A stretch of 64,000 bases of DNA from Patescibacteria group bacterium (GCA_042570545.1 JBHPGJ010000003.1:8214-72213); one strand, 5' to 3'; positions 26,440 to 36,783 are shown, counted from the first letter of the stretch. Numbers and translations: made by a program. The notes: a model not told the origin generated them from the letters alone.

Positions 26440-26997
26440 TTACTTTTTCTTAGGTTTACTTTTTCTGGGTTTAGTTTTTGCTCTTTTCTTAACTACTTTC
26501 TTTTTAGCCGGTCTAGCCTGCAATTTTAATCCCGAAGATTCTCCAATTGAACCAATTACCGGCTGTTCGGATTTTAGATAATCTTTAATTTTAATCCGTA
26601 GTGATTCGGTAAAACTGCCAGCGCCAAACAAGGCCTGAGCCGATTTGGTCAATGACCTGTCTATTATCACTTGAACTTTGTGTAGTGTGCCAAAGGGTGT
26701 AATAGCTCCAGGTTTAACATTAAATTTAGTTTTCATCTCCCCCTCTCGAGCGATCGAAACTTTTTTGGCCTTTAATAATTTTTTAAGCTTAGCCATATCC
26801 AGCTTTTGTTTAGCCGGCAACACGACTAACTTGTACTCTTTATCAACTTTTACTAAAAGCGTCTTGGCAATATCGTTAAGTTTTATTTTTAATGTTTGAG
26901 CTAGATCATAGGCAGTAAAAACCGTACGATGAGTTACAGCTTCGTAGGGTACTTTTAACTTTTTAAGATGGTTGATTACGTTTTTGGGTATAGACAT
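26440..26997 (-). CDS. YbaK/ProX-type aminoacyl-tRNA deacylase domain protein with a Lys-rich C-terminal tail
   Basis: 185 aa. The YbaK fold pattern is recognisable (KTLLVKVDKEYKLVVLP...LKKLLKAKKVSIA...TPFGTL...VIID). Tail KKKVVKKRAKTKPRKSKPKKK. Confidence 0.6.
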   Translation of the reverse strand: MSIPKNVINHLKKLKVPYEAVTHRTVFTAYDLAQTLKIKLNDIAKTLLVKVDKEYKLVVLPAKQKLDMAKLKKLLKAKKVSIAREGEMKTKFNVKPGAITPFGTLHKVQVIIDRSLTKSAQALFGAGSFTESLRIKIKDYLKSEQPVIGSIGESSGLKLQARPAKKKVVKKRAKTKPRKSKPKKK

Positions 26998-26998
26998 A

Positions 26999-27535
26999 TT
27001 ATTCGTCAGAATTATTATCTTTAGTTTTTGGTAAGTTTTTCTCGGAGAAGCGTCGCTGGACTAATACAACCAGAAAAGCAAAGACGACCGCAGTAAATCC
27101 AATAATCACATAAAATCCGGCTTCCGAGTAATAACGAAACAGCATTAAGGTTATCTCGACAAATAACCGGATCGTCATATACAGCAAGAATAAGAAATAT
27201 GAACGAATCATTATTTTCTGATGGGCCGGTAAACGACGATGACCAGTCATGTAATAAATAAGCTGCATAATAAAGAGCAATGGTACCACCAGGGCGATAT
27301 GAAACACCAAGCGATTGGCTTCATAGGCGGCTGGTTCGCAGCCTGGTCCGGCTGCTTCAACATTAACTAACCTGGTGATAATTATCTCATCATGACAAAA
27401 AGAATACTGGGGATTAAAGAATTTATCTAGATCACCCCAGGCACGCTCACCCAGTAATACTAATAGAATTACAAAAATAATAGCGTAAAATATACTCCAG
27501 GCCGAATATTTTTCTTTTTTTTGTTCAGTTGCCAT
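26999..27535 (-). CDS. Polytopic membrane protein, unknown function
   Basis: 178 aa, about 4 TM. Confidence 0.45.
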   Translation of the reverse strand: MATEQKKEKYSAWSIFYAIIFVILLVLLGERAWGDLDKFFNPQYSFCHDEIIITRLVNVEAAGPGCEPAAYEANRLVFHIALVVPLLFIMQLIYYMTGHRRLPAHQKIMIRSYFLFLLYMTIRLFVEITLMLFRYYSEAGFYVIIGFTAVVFAFLVVLVQRRFSEKNLPKTKDNNSDE

Positions 27536-27867
27536 TATTTTACTTTATTATTACGTTTTTTCTTAAAAGATGCCAGCGGTAGTTGCTGTTGCTCTCCTTG
27601 TAGTTTGCGAGCCATCTGCTTGCCCTTGGTGGTCAACCTGACTGATTCAATATACCATTTATGAGGCGTCCGACGACCATAGCCGACGGCTAGCTCATGG
27701 TCGATCAGCCTTTCAATACTGCGGGTCACAATATTTTGTTGATCTTTTGATTTTGGCTTTTGTTTTTGGTCGGTGTAAAAATCTTGGAATTCTAATCGTA
27801 GTATTTGTTTTATTGGCCGTCGGTAGCTCTGGAGTAGAATGTAGCGCTGCAGTTTTGATAGACGCAT
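27535..27867 (-). CDS. Small basic hypothetical protein
   Basis: 110 aa, Lys/Arg-rich. Overlapping start and stop with both neighbours. Confidence 0.4.
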   Translation of the reverse strand: MRLSKLQRYILLQSYRRPIKQILRLEFQDFYTDQKQKPKSKDQQNIVTRSIERLIDHELAVGYGRRTPHKWYIESVRLTTKGKQMARKLQGEQQQLPLASFKKKRNNKVK

Positions 27868-29270
27868 TACTTCTTCTTTTTAATCTCGAGATGAAGTTCC
27901 GCCAATTGTTCGGGGGTGACTTCGGTTGGTGCTCCCATCAAGGGATCACTGACGTCATTACTGAGTGGGAAGGCGATAACCTCGCGAATATTCTTCTCCC
28001 CAGCAAATATCGATACCAATCGGTCAATACCTGGAGCAATACCGCCATGAGGTGGTACACCATACGTAAAAGCGGTTAATAAATGTTCAAAATCTTTTTT
28101 ATGTTTTTCGGTAAAACCGATACAATCAAAAACCTTGCTTTGTATCTCGGGATCATGTATACGAATGCTACCACCGCCAACCTCTTGTCCATTTAGAACC
28201 ATATCATGCTGCTGGCCGCGAGCCTGACCGGGATCAGTATCCAGTAAAGGTATATCCTCAGTTTTTGGCGCCGTAAACATATGATGACTGGGTGCCCACT
28301 TCTCACCGGCGCCGTAAAAATAATCATCGGCCGATTGTTTCGTGAACAGCGGAAAATCAGTAATCCAGGCAAAGGCTAGCTCGTTTGGATCTTTCTTATC
28401 CTTTCTCAAGTCAGGGGAATCGGTACTATATTTATCCATCGCTTCTTTATAGGTCAGTCGGGGCCAGGGTTGGGTGGTAATTTTTTTATCTGGGAAAAGT
28501 TCTTTGACTAAACTTGAAAAAAGTTTTTCTGTGATTTGTAATATATCATCTTGTTCGACAAAACTCATTTCCAAATCCAATTGATAAAACTCTCCCGGTG
28601 ACCGATCGGCCCGCGCATCTTCATCGCGAAAGCAAGGAGCAATCTGATAATATCTTTCAAAACCGGCTACCATCAATAACTGCTTATACTGCTGGGGACT
28701 TTGTGGTAAGGCAAAAAATTTACCAGGATGTACCCGTGATGGCACCAAATAATCCCGTGCCCCCTCGGGAGTTGATTTTGTTAGTATCGGAGTTTGAATC
28801 TCAACAAAATCATTATTATTAAGATATTCACGGATATAGCGAATAACACTGGCCCGTACTCTCAGGTTGCGAGCCATCCGCTTGTGACGCAAATCTAGAT
28901 AACGATATTTTAAGCGTAAATCATCACTAGCTTGCCGATCTTCATTAACTATTTCAAAGGGAGGAGTTTTGGCCCGGCTTAATATTACTAACTCGGTTGC
29001 CGAAATCTCAACCTGTCCGGTAGACACATCTTTATTCACATTTTTAGATTGGCGTTCTACCACCTGGCCAGTTACTTGAATAACAAATTCTGGTCTAAGT
29101 TTTTGGGCTTCTTTAATCGGAGCATCAAACACTACTTGAACTAAACCAGATCGATCACGCAGATCAATAAATACGATTTGTCCCATCCGCCTGACTCGAT
29201 GCACCCAGCCGGCTAGATTAACTGTCTTATCTACTAATTTAGTTGTTTGGCTGGTTAATATCCTGTTCAT
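27867..29270 (-). CDS. aspS: Aspartate--tRNA ligase, short bacterial-type (no GAD insertion domain)
   Basis: 467 aa. N-terminal OB fold (NLAGWVHRVRRMGQIVFIDLRDRSG), class II motif 2 CFRDEDARADRSPGEFYQLDLEMSF (compare E. coli AspRS [23 protein letters not shown]), and motif 3 GGIAPGIDRLV. Confidence 0.85.
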   Translation of the reverse strand: MNRILTSQTTKLVDKTVNLAGWVHRVRRMGQIVFIDLRDRSGLVQVVFDAPIKEAQKLRPEFVIQVTGQVVERQSKNVNKDVSTGQVEISATELVILSRAKTPPFEIVNEDRQASDDLRLKYRYLDLRHKRMARNLRVRASVIRYIREYLNNNDFVEIQTPILTKSTPEGARDYLVPSRVHPGKFFALPQSPQQYKQLLMVAGFERYYQIAPCFRDEDARADRSPGEFYQLDLEMSFVEQDDILQITEKLFSSLVKELFPDKKITTQPWPRLTYKEAMDKYSTDSPDLRKDKKDPNELAFAWITDFPLFTKQSADDYFYGAGEKWAPSHHMFTAPKTEDIPLLDTDPGQARGQQHDMVLNGQEVGGGSIRIHDPEIQSKVFDCIGFTEKHKKDFEHLLTAFTYGVPPHGGIAPGIDRLVSIFAGEKNIREVIAFPLSNDVSDPLMGAPTEVTPEQLAELHLEIKKKK

Positions 29271-29715
29271 TTGTTATTGGTTCCAGATTTAAAAATAATT
29301 CTTGAGTAGAAAATAAATTAACAGCAATTAGACCGCTCCATTCTTCGGTATTTTCCGGCTGTATCGTATATTGGCCATGTGGCAATTTAATTACTGCCGT
29401 GCCGACAGAATTTGTTCTTACGGTAGTTGATATCAAATTTCGACTGATAGGTTGTCCATATTCCTCAATCAATAAATTCTCGTTGGCTACCGCCGTTAAA
29501 TCACCTGCCGACCTGACCCTGACAACTAATTCATATTGAGCCAGTGGATTGGTGACTGAATCTTCGGTCGGCGAAGAAGAAAGTAAATTAATATAATAAA
29601 CTGCGTAATAACCGATACCGGTTAGTAATATCAATGACAATACAACCAAAGCTATGCGCAGAATAACAATATTTGTAGATAAATCTGGTTCTATTAGCGG
29701 TTCGGGTTTAACCAT
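29239..29715 (-). CDS. Membrane-anchored hypothetical protein. Likely start at MVKPEPL (29715), and it overlaps the aspS start by 32 nt.
   Basis: The track ORF 29239..29790 overlaps asnS by 72 nt, whereas the internal ATG removes that overlap. Single TM (IVILRIALVVLSLILLTGIGYYAVYYI). Confidence 0.4.
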   Translation of the reverse strand: MVKPEPLIEPDLSTNIVILRIALVVLSLILLTGIGYYAVYYINLLSSSPTEDSVTNPLAQYELVVRVRSAGDLTAVANENLLIEEYGQPISRNLISTTVRTNSVGTAVIKLPHGQYTIQPENTEEWSGLIAVNLFSTQELFLNLEPITNEQDINQPNN

Positions 29716-29717
29716 GG

Positions 29718-31010
29718 TTATGGACGTAAACGATTCAGCATCCGAGGGAAGGGAATAGTTTCTCTGATATGCGTAATCTTGCCCAGCCAAGCGACTACTC
29801 TTTCTAACCCCACGCCAAATCCAGAATGTGGAAATGTACCGTACTTACGCAAATCAAGATACCATTCATATTCTTTCTGGGGCAGTTTGAATTCCCTTAA
29901 TTTCTTAACTAACAGATTATAATCGCTAATTCGCTCTGAGCCACCAATTATTTCACCATAGCCCTCGGGGGCGATCAGATCGGCATTAAGAACTAGTTTT
30001 TCATTCTCGGGATCAGGTTGCATATAAAAGGCTTTTATAGCGGCCGGATACTTGGTGATAAATACGGGCTGATCATATTCCTGACTGATTGTAGTTTCAT
30101 CTTCAGCGCCTAGGTCACTACCCCATTTAATATTGGAGCCTTTCTGCTGTAAAGTCTTAATTGCTTCATCATAGGTCAAGCGCGGAAAAGGAGTTCTAAT
30201 TTTTTTCAAAGATTCTGGATCGCGTTCTAGTATTTTTAATTCATCCAGCGATTCATCTAATACACTTTTTATAACCGAAACGATGAGATTTTCTTGAATT
30301 TGTAAATTTTCTTCATGTTCGACAAAAGCCGCTTCCGCATCAAGCATCCAAAACTCGGCTAAGTGTCGTCGAGTCTTTGATTTCTCGGCTCGAAATGTGG
30401 GTCCAAAATCATATACCCTGCCCAGAGCTGCTGCTGTGGCTTCGATATAAAGCTGTCCCGTCTGGGCCAAATATGCGGTTTCACCGTGAAACTCGGTTTT
30501 AAATAAGGTGGTCGTCCCTTCAGCAGCAGTAGGAGTGAGAATTGGTGAATCGGTTAATACAAAACCATTTTCTTTCATGTATGATCTCAGGGCCCAGACG
30601 ATCTGGTCACGCAGCTTCAAGGCTGCTCTCTGCCGACTTGAACGAAGCCAAATATGCCGGTGGTCCATTAGAAACTGGGTACCGTGGGCTTTCTTGGCAA
30701 TGGGATAATCATCAGCGATCTGTATAATTTCAACATTCTTTCCAGTTAACTCAAATCCAGAAGGCGATCTCTTTTCCTGTTTTACTTCTCCAGTAATTAT
30801 GACCGATGATTCAATGGTTATTTTTTCCAGTGTTTTAAAAGTATCATCACTGACAGCTTTTTGTTCAACTACGACTTGTATCACTCCTGTACCATCTCTG
30901 ATTTGCAGAAAAAATATTTTCCCACTTGAACGGATGTTAAATACCCAGCCTTTTAAATGAATGGTCTGTCCGATATATTTACCGATATCTTTTATATATG
31001 CTACTGACAT
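29718..31010 (-). CDS. asnS: Asparagine--tRNA ligase
   Basis: 430 aa. Motif 2 FRAEKSKTRRHLAEFWMLDAE matches the AsnRS signature (compare E. coli RHLAEFWMLEPE). Motif 3 GFGVGLERVV. Confidence 0.85.
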   Translation of the reverse strand: MSVAYIKDIGKYIGQTIHLKGWVFNIRSSGKIFFLQIRDGTGVIQVVVEQKAVSDDTFKTLEKITIESSVIITGEVKQEKRSPSGFELTGKNVEIIQIADDYPIAKKAHGTQFLMDHRHIWLRSSRQRAALKLRDQIVWALRSYMKENGFVLTDSPILTPTAAEGTTTLFKTEFHGETAYLAQTGQLYIEATAAALGRVYDFGPTFRAEKSKTRRHLAEFWMLDAEAAFVEHEENLQIQENLIVSVIKSVLDESLDELKILERDPESLKKIRTPFPRLTYDEAIKTLQQKGSNIKWGSDLGAEDETTISQEYDQPVFITKYPAAIKAFYMQPDPENEKLVLNADLIAPEGYGEIIGGSERISDYNLLVKKLREFKLPQKEYEWYLDLRKYGTFPHSGFGVGLERVVAWLGKITHIRETIPFPRMLNRLRP

Positions 31011-31095
31011 TTAGTCTAAGTATAATTAAACCATACCGACATTAGTCTGGATAATCCATGTTCATGTAAACACAGATTATTATACCATTTTTCAC

Positions 31096-31668
31096 TCATC
31101 TGTCAACGAACTTTTTATAATATATTTTCTTATTTAGAACTGTTACCACTATTACAATAGCTAATAATCCCCACCATAAATCATCAGCGGTGTCTAAAAG
31201 ATTAGTAATCCTATTGGTATTGAACAATATATCACCAACGTATTCGGTAATCTCATATAATACTGTAAGTAGCATGGCTGATGATATTACTATAAAATTA
31301 TGCCAAAATTTGGATAAATTTAATTCTCCTTTTTGTTGAAAACCAGCGAAGATATACACAAATATAGCTGCCACCATAGCCGGACCAACCACGTGTACCA
31401 ATTGATCCCACCAGCCATAGCGACCATAAAGGTGAGCAAAATTACCGGCGGCATCAAACCATATGCCAGCAGCTACTAACAGCCAAAGCCAGCTTGGTAG
31501 ATGAGTGTTTCTTTTTTTAAAATAAGAATTAATACCCAAATACAAAAGCACTCCTATAACATTGGTACTGATAAGCGCTAACTTTCTCTCCAGATTGTCA
31601 TAATCCAAAAACAGCTCTAAAAATAGTAGCACCACTAAAGAAAATAAACTAAAAGTTCTAATTCCCAT
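31096..31668 (-). CDS. Polytopic membrane protein, unknown function
   Basis: 190 aa, about 5 TM. Start overlaps the ATPase gene stop. Confidence 0.45.
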   Translation of the reverse strand: MGIRTFSLFSLVVLLFLELFLDYDNLERKLALISTNVIGVLLYLGINSYFKKRNTHLPSWLWLLVAAGIWFDAAGNFAHLYGRYGWWDQLVHVVGPAMVAAIFVYIFAGFQQKGELNLSKFWHNFIVISSAMLLTVLYEITEYVGDILFNTNRITNLLDTADDLWWGLLAIVIVVTVLNKKIYYKKFVDR

Positions 31669-34345
31669 GTTGATGGCTTAAGCGGCGACGATAAAAAACT
31701 TTAATTAACTCAATCATCATTATCACAATAACCGCCGAGATAATTACCAATATCCACTCATTCAATCCAATTGATACAATTTGAAATACATTCTGTAGTG
31801 CCGGTAGATACAAAGCCAGTAACTGCATTATCAAACCTATGCCAATGGCAAATATCAACCAGCGGTTATTAAATGTTTTTAACGAGAATATCGAGTGTCT
31901 AAGCGATTTCACACTAAAGGCAAATAATAATGTATCAATTCCCAGCGCGGCAAAAGCTACGCTTCGAGCCAAGGCGGCATCACCGGTACTGTGCCAGTAA
32001 AACCAGAATAGGCCTAAGGTGATAAGGGCAGTGATAAGACTGACCGATATAATTAACATTCTCATCTGAGGGGAAATAATTGACTCCGAAGCCGGCCGTG
32101 GTGGCACCTTCATGCTTTCCACCTCTTCCGGTTCAACGGTCAAGGCAATGTGAGGAAAGCCATCAGTAATAAGATTAATCCACAAGATCTGGGCAGCTAT
32201 AAGCGGGAGGGGAAAATCTTTAATCCATATACTGATAATCAAGCTGGTTCCAATTAAGATTACTTGAGTGAAGCTATCAGCAATTAAATACGTTACCAGT
32301 TTCCTCATATTATCAAAAATAACCCGCCCTTGGCGGATAGCCGATACTATCGATTTAAAATTATTATCCATCAATACCATACTGGCCGTCTCTTTGGCTA
32401 CAGCCGTACCCGAACCTAGAGCCACTCCGATATCAGCTGAGCGCAGGGCTGGGGCATCGTTAACACCATCACCAGTCATAGCTACTACCTCTCCTCTGGC
32501 CTGCAGGGCATCGACAATGCGTAATTTATCACGCGGTGATACCCGGGCGTAAACAGAAACTTTTTCTACTCGCTCAACTAGATCGTGATCGGATAAAGCC
32601 TTTAATTCATCACCATCTAATATATTCTGACTTTCATTGGGTAGGCCCAGTTCGCCGGCGATAGCCTTAGCTGTATTGTGATGATCGCCGGTAATCATGG
32701 CTACTTTAACACCGGCTTGTTTTACGCTTTCTATGGTTTCATTAACCGATGCCCGCAATGGATCTTTAATAATTACAAAACCAGTGAATATTAATGGTGT
32801 TTCTAAAATGTTAAGATCATGAAAAGCATTTACTTTTGGTCCGACTGAACTATAAGCCAGAGCCAACAAACGTAGTCCTTTGCCGCTTAATTGATCAAAT
32901 TTATGCCTTAATTTGTCTCGGTGGTCTTTACTTAATCCTTTTACCTTATCACCATCTAAATAGCGGTCAGACATATTAAGTATGTTTTCCGGTGCTCCTT
33001 TAGCCAATAATTGGCGGTGTTTTTTTTCAGCCCGATGCAGTGTCATCATATATTTTCGTTCGGAGCTGAAAGGTATGGTATCCAATCGCGGCATTTCCTT
33101 ATCTAAACGTGATTTGCGAAAACCTAATTTATTACCAGCGGCCAACAAGGCTCGTTCCGTGGGATTGCCGATCACCTTCCAGTCTTTTAATTCAGCATCT
33201 TCATTTTCAATAAAAGCATCATTGCAGAGCATGCCGATCTTTAATAACTGAACAACATGTTCAGGATGTTTGCTTTCAGCCGATATTTTATCAGTATCAT
33301 ATTCGTTATCACTAGCAATGATTCCTACTACGTGCATTTGGCCCTCGGTTAGAGTTCCAGTCTTATCAGTGCAAATAATAGTAGTAGAACCTAGTGTTTC
33401 GGCAGCTAATAATCTTCTTGTTAAGGCTTTCTTTTTTAACATCCGCTGCATGCCAATTGTTAAAATAACAGTAATGCCGATGACTAACCCCTCGGGTACC
33501 GCCGCTACCGCTACTGCTACAGCGGTGGTAAACATTTGTACCACATCTTTGTTGGCAATCACCCCAATTGAAAAAATTAAGATACTTATGGCCAGTACTA
33601 TATAACTTAAAGTTTTACCTAAGTTTTGTAACTGTTTTTGCAGAGGCGTAGATTCTTCCTTGGTCGCTTTTACCAGTTCAGCAATTTTTCCAATTTCTGT
33701 TTTATTTTTAGTACTAACAACTACCGCTCGGCCTTCACCGCGGGCAACGGTAGTCCCCATAAACACCATGTTAGCCTGGTCACCGACGCCTTTATCTTCA
33801 GATATTTCTGACTCAATTTTTTCTACTGGAAATGATTCTCCGGTCAAGGCCGCTTCGTTTGTATAAAGCGATACCGACTTAATGACCCGGCAGTCAGCGG
33901 GGATGTGATCACCGGTACGTAAAACCACAATATCACCGACCACAACATAAGTAGAATCTATTTGATGTTCTTTACCATCACGTAAAACCACTGACTTGTA
34001 AGTAACCGCTTCACGAAGTTTATCTAATGACCTTTCGGCCCTATATTCTTGTAGCCAACCGACGACAACATTGATAATAACCGCTACGGCTATAATCCAG
34101 CCATCGACAAAATCGCCCAAGGCAAAGCTAATAGTGCTGGCTGCTACTAGGATCAGAACCATAGCCGATCTAAATTGATTAAAGAATATCTTTAAACCAG
34201 GCAAGGGCGGGGCCTTAGGCAGGATATTCTTACCTTGCTGAGTTAATCTTTTTTTAGCTTCTTCAACAGTCAGTCCATCGGCTATACTCTTAACTTTCTT
34301 TAGTACTGAATCAACTTTCTGTTGATACCACTTTTTACTAGGCAT
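31658..34345 (-). CDS. P-type ATPase, type IIA-like cation (Ca2+/Mg2+) transporter
   Basis: 895 aa. TGES actuator motif (LTGES), phosphorylation motif CTDKTGTLT, MITGDHHNTA, and hinge GDGVNDAPAL. About 10 TM. Confidence 0.9.
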   Translation of the reverse strand: MPSKKWYQQKVDSVLKKVKSIADGLTVEEAKKRLTQQGKNILPKAPPLPGLKIFFNQFRSAMVLILVAASTISFALGDFVDGWIIAVAVIINVVVGWLQEYRAERSLDKLREAVTYKSVVLRDGKEHQIDSTYVVVGDIVVLRTGDHIPADCRVIKSVSLYTNEAALTGESFPVEKIESEISEDKGVGDQANMVFMGTTVARGEGRAVVVSTKNKTEIGKIAELVKATKEESTPLQKQLQNLGKTLSYIVLAISILIFSIGVIANKDVVQMFTTAVAVAVAAVPEGLVIGITVILTIGMQRMLKKKALTRRLLAAETLGSTTIICTDKTGTLTEGQMHVVGIIASDNEYDTDKISAESKHPEHVVQLLKIGMLCNDAFIENEDAELKDWKVIGNPTERALLAAGNKLGFRKSRLDKEMPRLDTIPFSSERKYMMTLHRAEKKHRQLLAKGAPENILNMSDRYLDGDKVKGLSKDHRDKLRHKFDQLSGKGLRLLALAYSSVGPKVNAFHDLNILETPLIFTGFVIIKDPLRASVNETIESVKQAGVKVAMITGDHHNTAKAIAGELGLPNESQNILDGDELKALSDHDLVERVEKVSVYARVSPRDKLRIVDALQARGEVVAMTGDGVNDAPALRSADIGVALGSGTAVAKETASMVLMDNNFKSIVSAIRQGRVIFDNMRKLVTYLIADSFTQVILIGTSLIISIWIKDFPLPLIAAQILWINLITDGFPHIALTVEPEEVESMKVPPRPASESIISPQMRMLIISVSLITALITLGLFWFYWHSTGDAALARSVAFAALGIDTLLFAFSVKSLRHSIFSLKTFNNRWLIFAIGIGLIMQLLALYLPALQNVFQIVSIGLNEWILVIISAVIVIMMIELIKVFYRRRLSHQHGN

Positions 34346-34443
34346 ATATGTATTTTACCACAGTAACTTTCTATAATGAAAAGCAGAGCCGGAAATCATA
34401 GAAAATGATAAGCTCTGCTTTGTTGTGGCTATAAATTGGTCGG

Positions 34444-34788
34444 TCACTGGCTTGCATGGTGGGGGTCCTTTCCGTCAGAGGTCGGCTTTGAAATTACCTC
34501 TATAGTGAGGGGGTCAAGGTAATCTGACAGCGAACTGCCGAAAACGTCAGCCAAGCCGTTAAGCCGGGCGTAAAGCAATTGCCGTATTTGCCGGCGAGTG
34601 GGTTTGTCAAAATTGCCCTCCAGAGCAATATGACATCCTTGACGACAGTTTTCGTTTACCTTGCCGCATATAGTCGGGGCCAGACCGAGCAAATCCTGCA
34701 GAACAAAACGAGCGATGAAAAAGACAATGTTGCCGTAAATGCTTCTGATCAGCTGGCTTTGCCCAGTAACGGTATATTCAATATCCAT
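34444..34788 (-). CDS. Small hypothetical protein on a GC-rich island (about 115 aa from ATG 34788; a TTG four codons upstream is also possible)
   Basis: SD aggaggtga upstream. CGKVNENCRQGCH Cys/His cluster. GC about 52%. A terminator hairpin (aagcagagc...gctctgctt) lies downstream at 34386-34426. Confidence 0.4.
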   Translation of the reverse strand: MDIEYTVTGQSQLIRSIYGNIVFFIARFVLQDLLGLAPTICGKVNENCRQGCHIALEGNFDKPTRRQIRQLLYARLNGLADVFGSSLSDYLDPLTIEVISKPTSDGKDPHHASQ

Positions 34789-34955
34789 TTTCTTGATCAA
34801 CGAAATCACCTCCTTAATCAGGACTGTAAAAACTAGTGAGCACCAATTTATAAATGAACAGCAAAACGTTTGTTTTTGCTGTTCATTTTTGAGCTTAAGC
34901 ATTATAACAAAACGGCAAAATTAATACCAATTCAACATACATAGAGAGGTAGAAT

Positions 34956-36647
34956 CTAATTCTTTTTTGCTTTAGCAACTAACATTATCAATAGTACCAA
35001 TACCACCGCTACCAGCAAAGTTGTTAGCCATATTTTTGCACCTAGACCAAATTTAGTGCTGTCTTCCGTAGCTGTGGTAGCGGTAGTGGTGGCTGCAGGA
35101 ATATTTGTAGTAGTAACATTAAAATTAATTGCTTCACTTTGACTTATATTATCACCTTTGGTATCGATGATTTTTATCTGCACCTTATGTTCTCCCGGTT
35201 CTAATGGGCCAGGTAGGGTGTATGACCAGTCACCATCACCATTACTGAACGTGGTAGCAATCAATGTCTCCTGGCTAGCTATCGATAAAATTACAGTTGC
35301 ATTCGGTTGAGTTGTGCCACTGAATTTTATGGCTTCATCATCAGTAAATTGTAGCGTTGTTCCGGTTTTGGCGGTAATGACTTCCCCGGCTTCAATAAAT
35401 TCCATAATACTTACATTTCCCAGTACAGAGGTTAGGCCTGCCGTCGGGGCTTCAACTGGAATATTTTCTTGAAGCCAAGCAGACAAACGATCAATTGGCG
35501 TAGAGTGGTCAATATGAAACTGCATTTCCGTACAGCGGGGATAGCGGTTCCAGTATTGATTATAAGTAGTATAGACCTGTTCTAGGTACTGATCATCAGA
35601 ATTATTAGGGGTTAATTTAGATGATAATCTGATGGTATCATCACCGGCGGTGGTAGTAGATATTTTACAGCCAAATTTTTCAGTCAGAGCCTCACTGTTC
35701 AGCCACTCGACAAGTCGTTCAATTGGCGTAGAGTGGTCATAATGAAATTGCATTTCCGTACAACGAGGATATCGATTCCAAACACCATAATAAGCATTAT
35801 ATACCCGTTTAAAGTATGTATCGATATCACTACCAGTAGTAAACTCTTTATTAATTCGTATAGTATTTTCATCAGCGCCGGATATGCTAAAGGCACAGCC
35901 ATAAGCACTGGTTACTGCGTTATCTGCTATGGCTATCTGTCCTGAAGCCAGGGTAGTAAATGTTAATATATCAGAAGTAACATCAGCATCAGCATCAAGT
36001 ACGCCATATAATTCACGATAGCTGTCGGATACTGAAGCTGTGAACCTTATATAATATGTAGTCGAGGGATTTAGGGGTTCAATTTTTCGTACATGTACTA
36101 GGCCACCAGCCCCTGCGCGCCCACCTCCCAGGCTGTATACTTCGTTGGGTAATGTATCGGAAACAGTACCGTAGTTGTATTTAATTATTCCCTCTTTGGA
36201 TAAATTTACGTTAATAAAGGCTGACGTATCGGTTATGCCATCTATCTCAATATTATCTACGGCGATACCACGTTTGGTTGTGCTAAATGTATTTTCACCT
36301 GACACGGTTTGATTATCAGCCCCGTCTATCGCAGTTACTTGATAATAATAAGCAGTATCATATTCAAGACCGGTCAACACCGCCACCACCCGGTTGCTTC
36401 CCTGCACATTACCGGTAATGGTTTCAGTGTAATTTCCTAGTGAAGTACCATATTTTATATTGCCGGTTATTGGCTCGGTTGACCGCCAATCGATAGAATA
36501 ACTAACCTTTTCAGCTTCTTGATTAAGATGGGCGCTTATATATATGATTGGTGGCGCATCGGGATCTTGGGCATCAACCGTACTATGTAAAAAAAGAAAC
36601 CCCATTAATAAAACTACCATATATATTAAGGTTGATAACTTTTTCAT
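34956..36647 (-). CDS. Surface protein: signal peptide, fibronectin type III-like domain, two internal repeats, Ig-like C-terminal region, C-terminal TM and basic tail
   Basis: 563 aa. An FN3-like stretch (LTGLEYDTAYYYQVTAIDGADN). A duplicated roughly 60-aa module (YFKRVYNAYYGVWNRYPRCTEMQFHYDHSTPIERLVEWL / YLEQVYTTYNQYWNRYPRCTEMQFHIDHSTPIDRLSAWL). C-terminus LTTLLVAVVLVLLIMLVAKAKKN. Confidence 0.6.
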   Translation of the reverse strand: MKKLSTLIYMVVLLMGFLFLHSTVDAQDPDAPPIIYISAHLNQEAEKVSYSIDWRSTEPITGNIKYGTSLGNYTETITGNVQGSNRVVAVLTGLEYDTAYYYQVTAIDGADNQTVSGENTFSTTKRGIAVDNIEIDGITDTSAFINVNLSKEGIIKYNYGTVSDTLPNEVYSLGGGRAGAGGLVHVRKIEPLNPSTTYYIRFTASVSDSYRELYGVLDADADVTSDILTFTTLASGQIAIADNAVTSAYGCAFSISGADENTIRINKEFTTGSDIDTYFKRVYNAYYGVWNRYPRCTEMQFHYDHSTPIERLVEWLNSEALTEKFGCKISTTTAGDDTIRLSSKLTPNNSDDQYLEQVYTTYNQYWNRYPRCTEMQFHIDHSTPIDRLSAWLQENIPVEAPTAGLTSVLGNVSIMEFIEAGEVITAKTGTTLQFTDDEAIKFSGTTQPNATVILSIASQETLIATTFSNGDGDWSYTLPGPLEPGEHKVQIKIIDTKGDNISQSEAINFNVTTTNIPAATTTATTATEDSTKFGLGAKIWLTTLLVAVVLVLLIMLVAKAKKN

Positions 36648-36707
36648 ATATATAAATTAATATTCAGATAATATTATACTAACAAAAAGTACCATATATT
36701 TATATAG

Positions 36708-36783
36708 TGGTAGGCGCAGAGGGTCTCGAACCCCCGACACCCTGCTTAAAAGGCAGGTGCTCTACCAACTGAGCTATGCGCCC
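36708..36783 (-). tRNA. tRNA-Lys (anticodon UUU)
   Basis: Reverse complement: GGGCGCATAGCTCAGTTGGTAGAGCACCTGCCTTTTAAGCAGGGTGTCGGGGGTTCGAGACCCTCTGCGCCTACCA. Anticodon loop CTTTTAA. CCA encoded. Confidence 0.85.

Noticed and set aside
29716-29790. Track N-terminal extension of ORF 29239..29790 overlapping asnS by 72 nt
   Set aside because: The internal start at 29715 removes the long overlap and begins just before the TM segment. The longer form is likely an artefact of the longest-ORF rule.
34579-34924. Plus-strand ORFs 34579..34836 and 34739..34924
   Set aside because: They are antisense to an SD-led minus-strand ORF in the GC-rich island, and they have no RBS.
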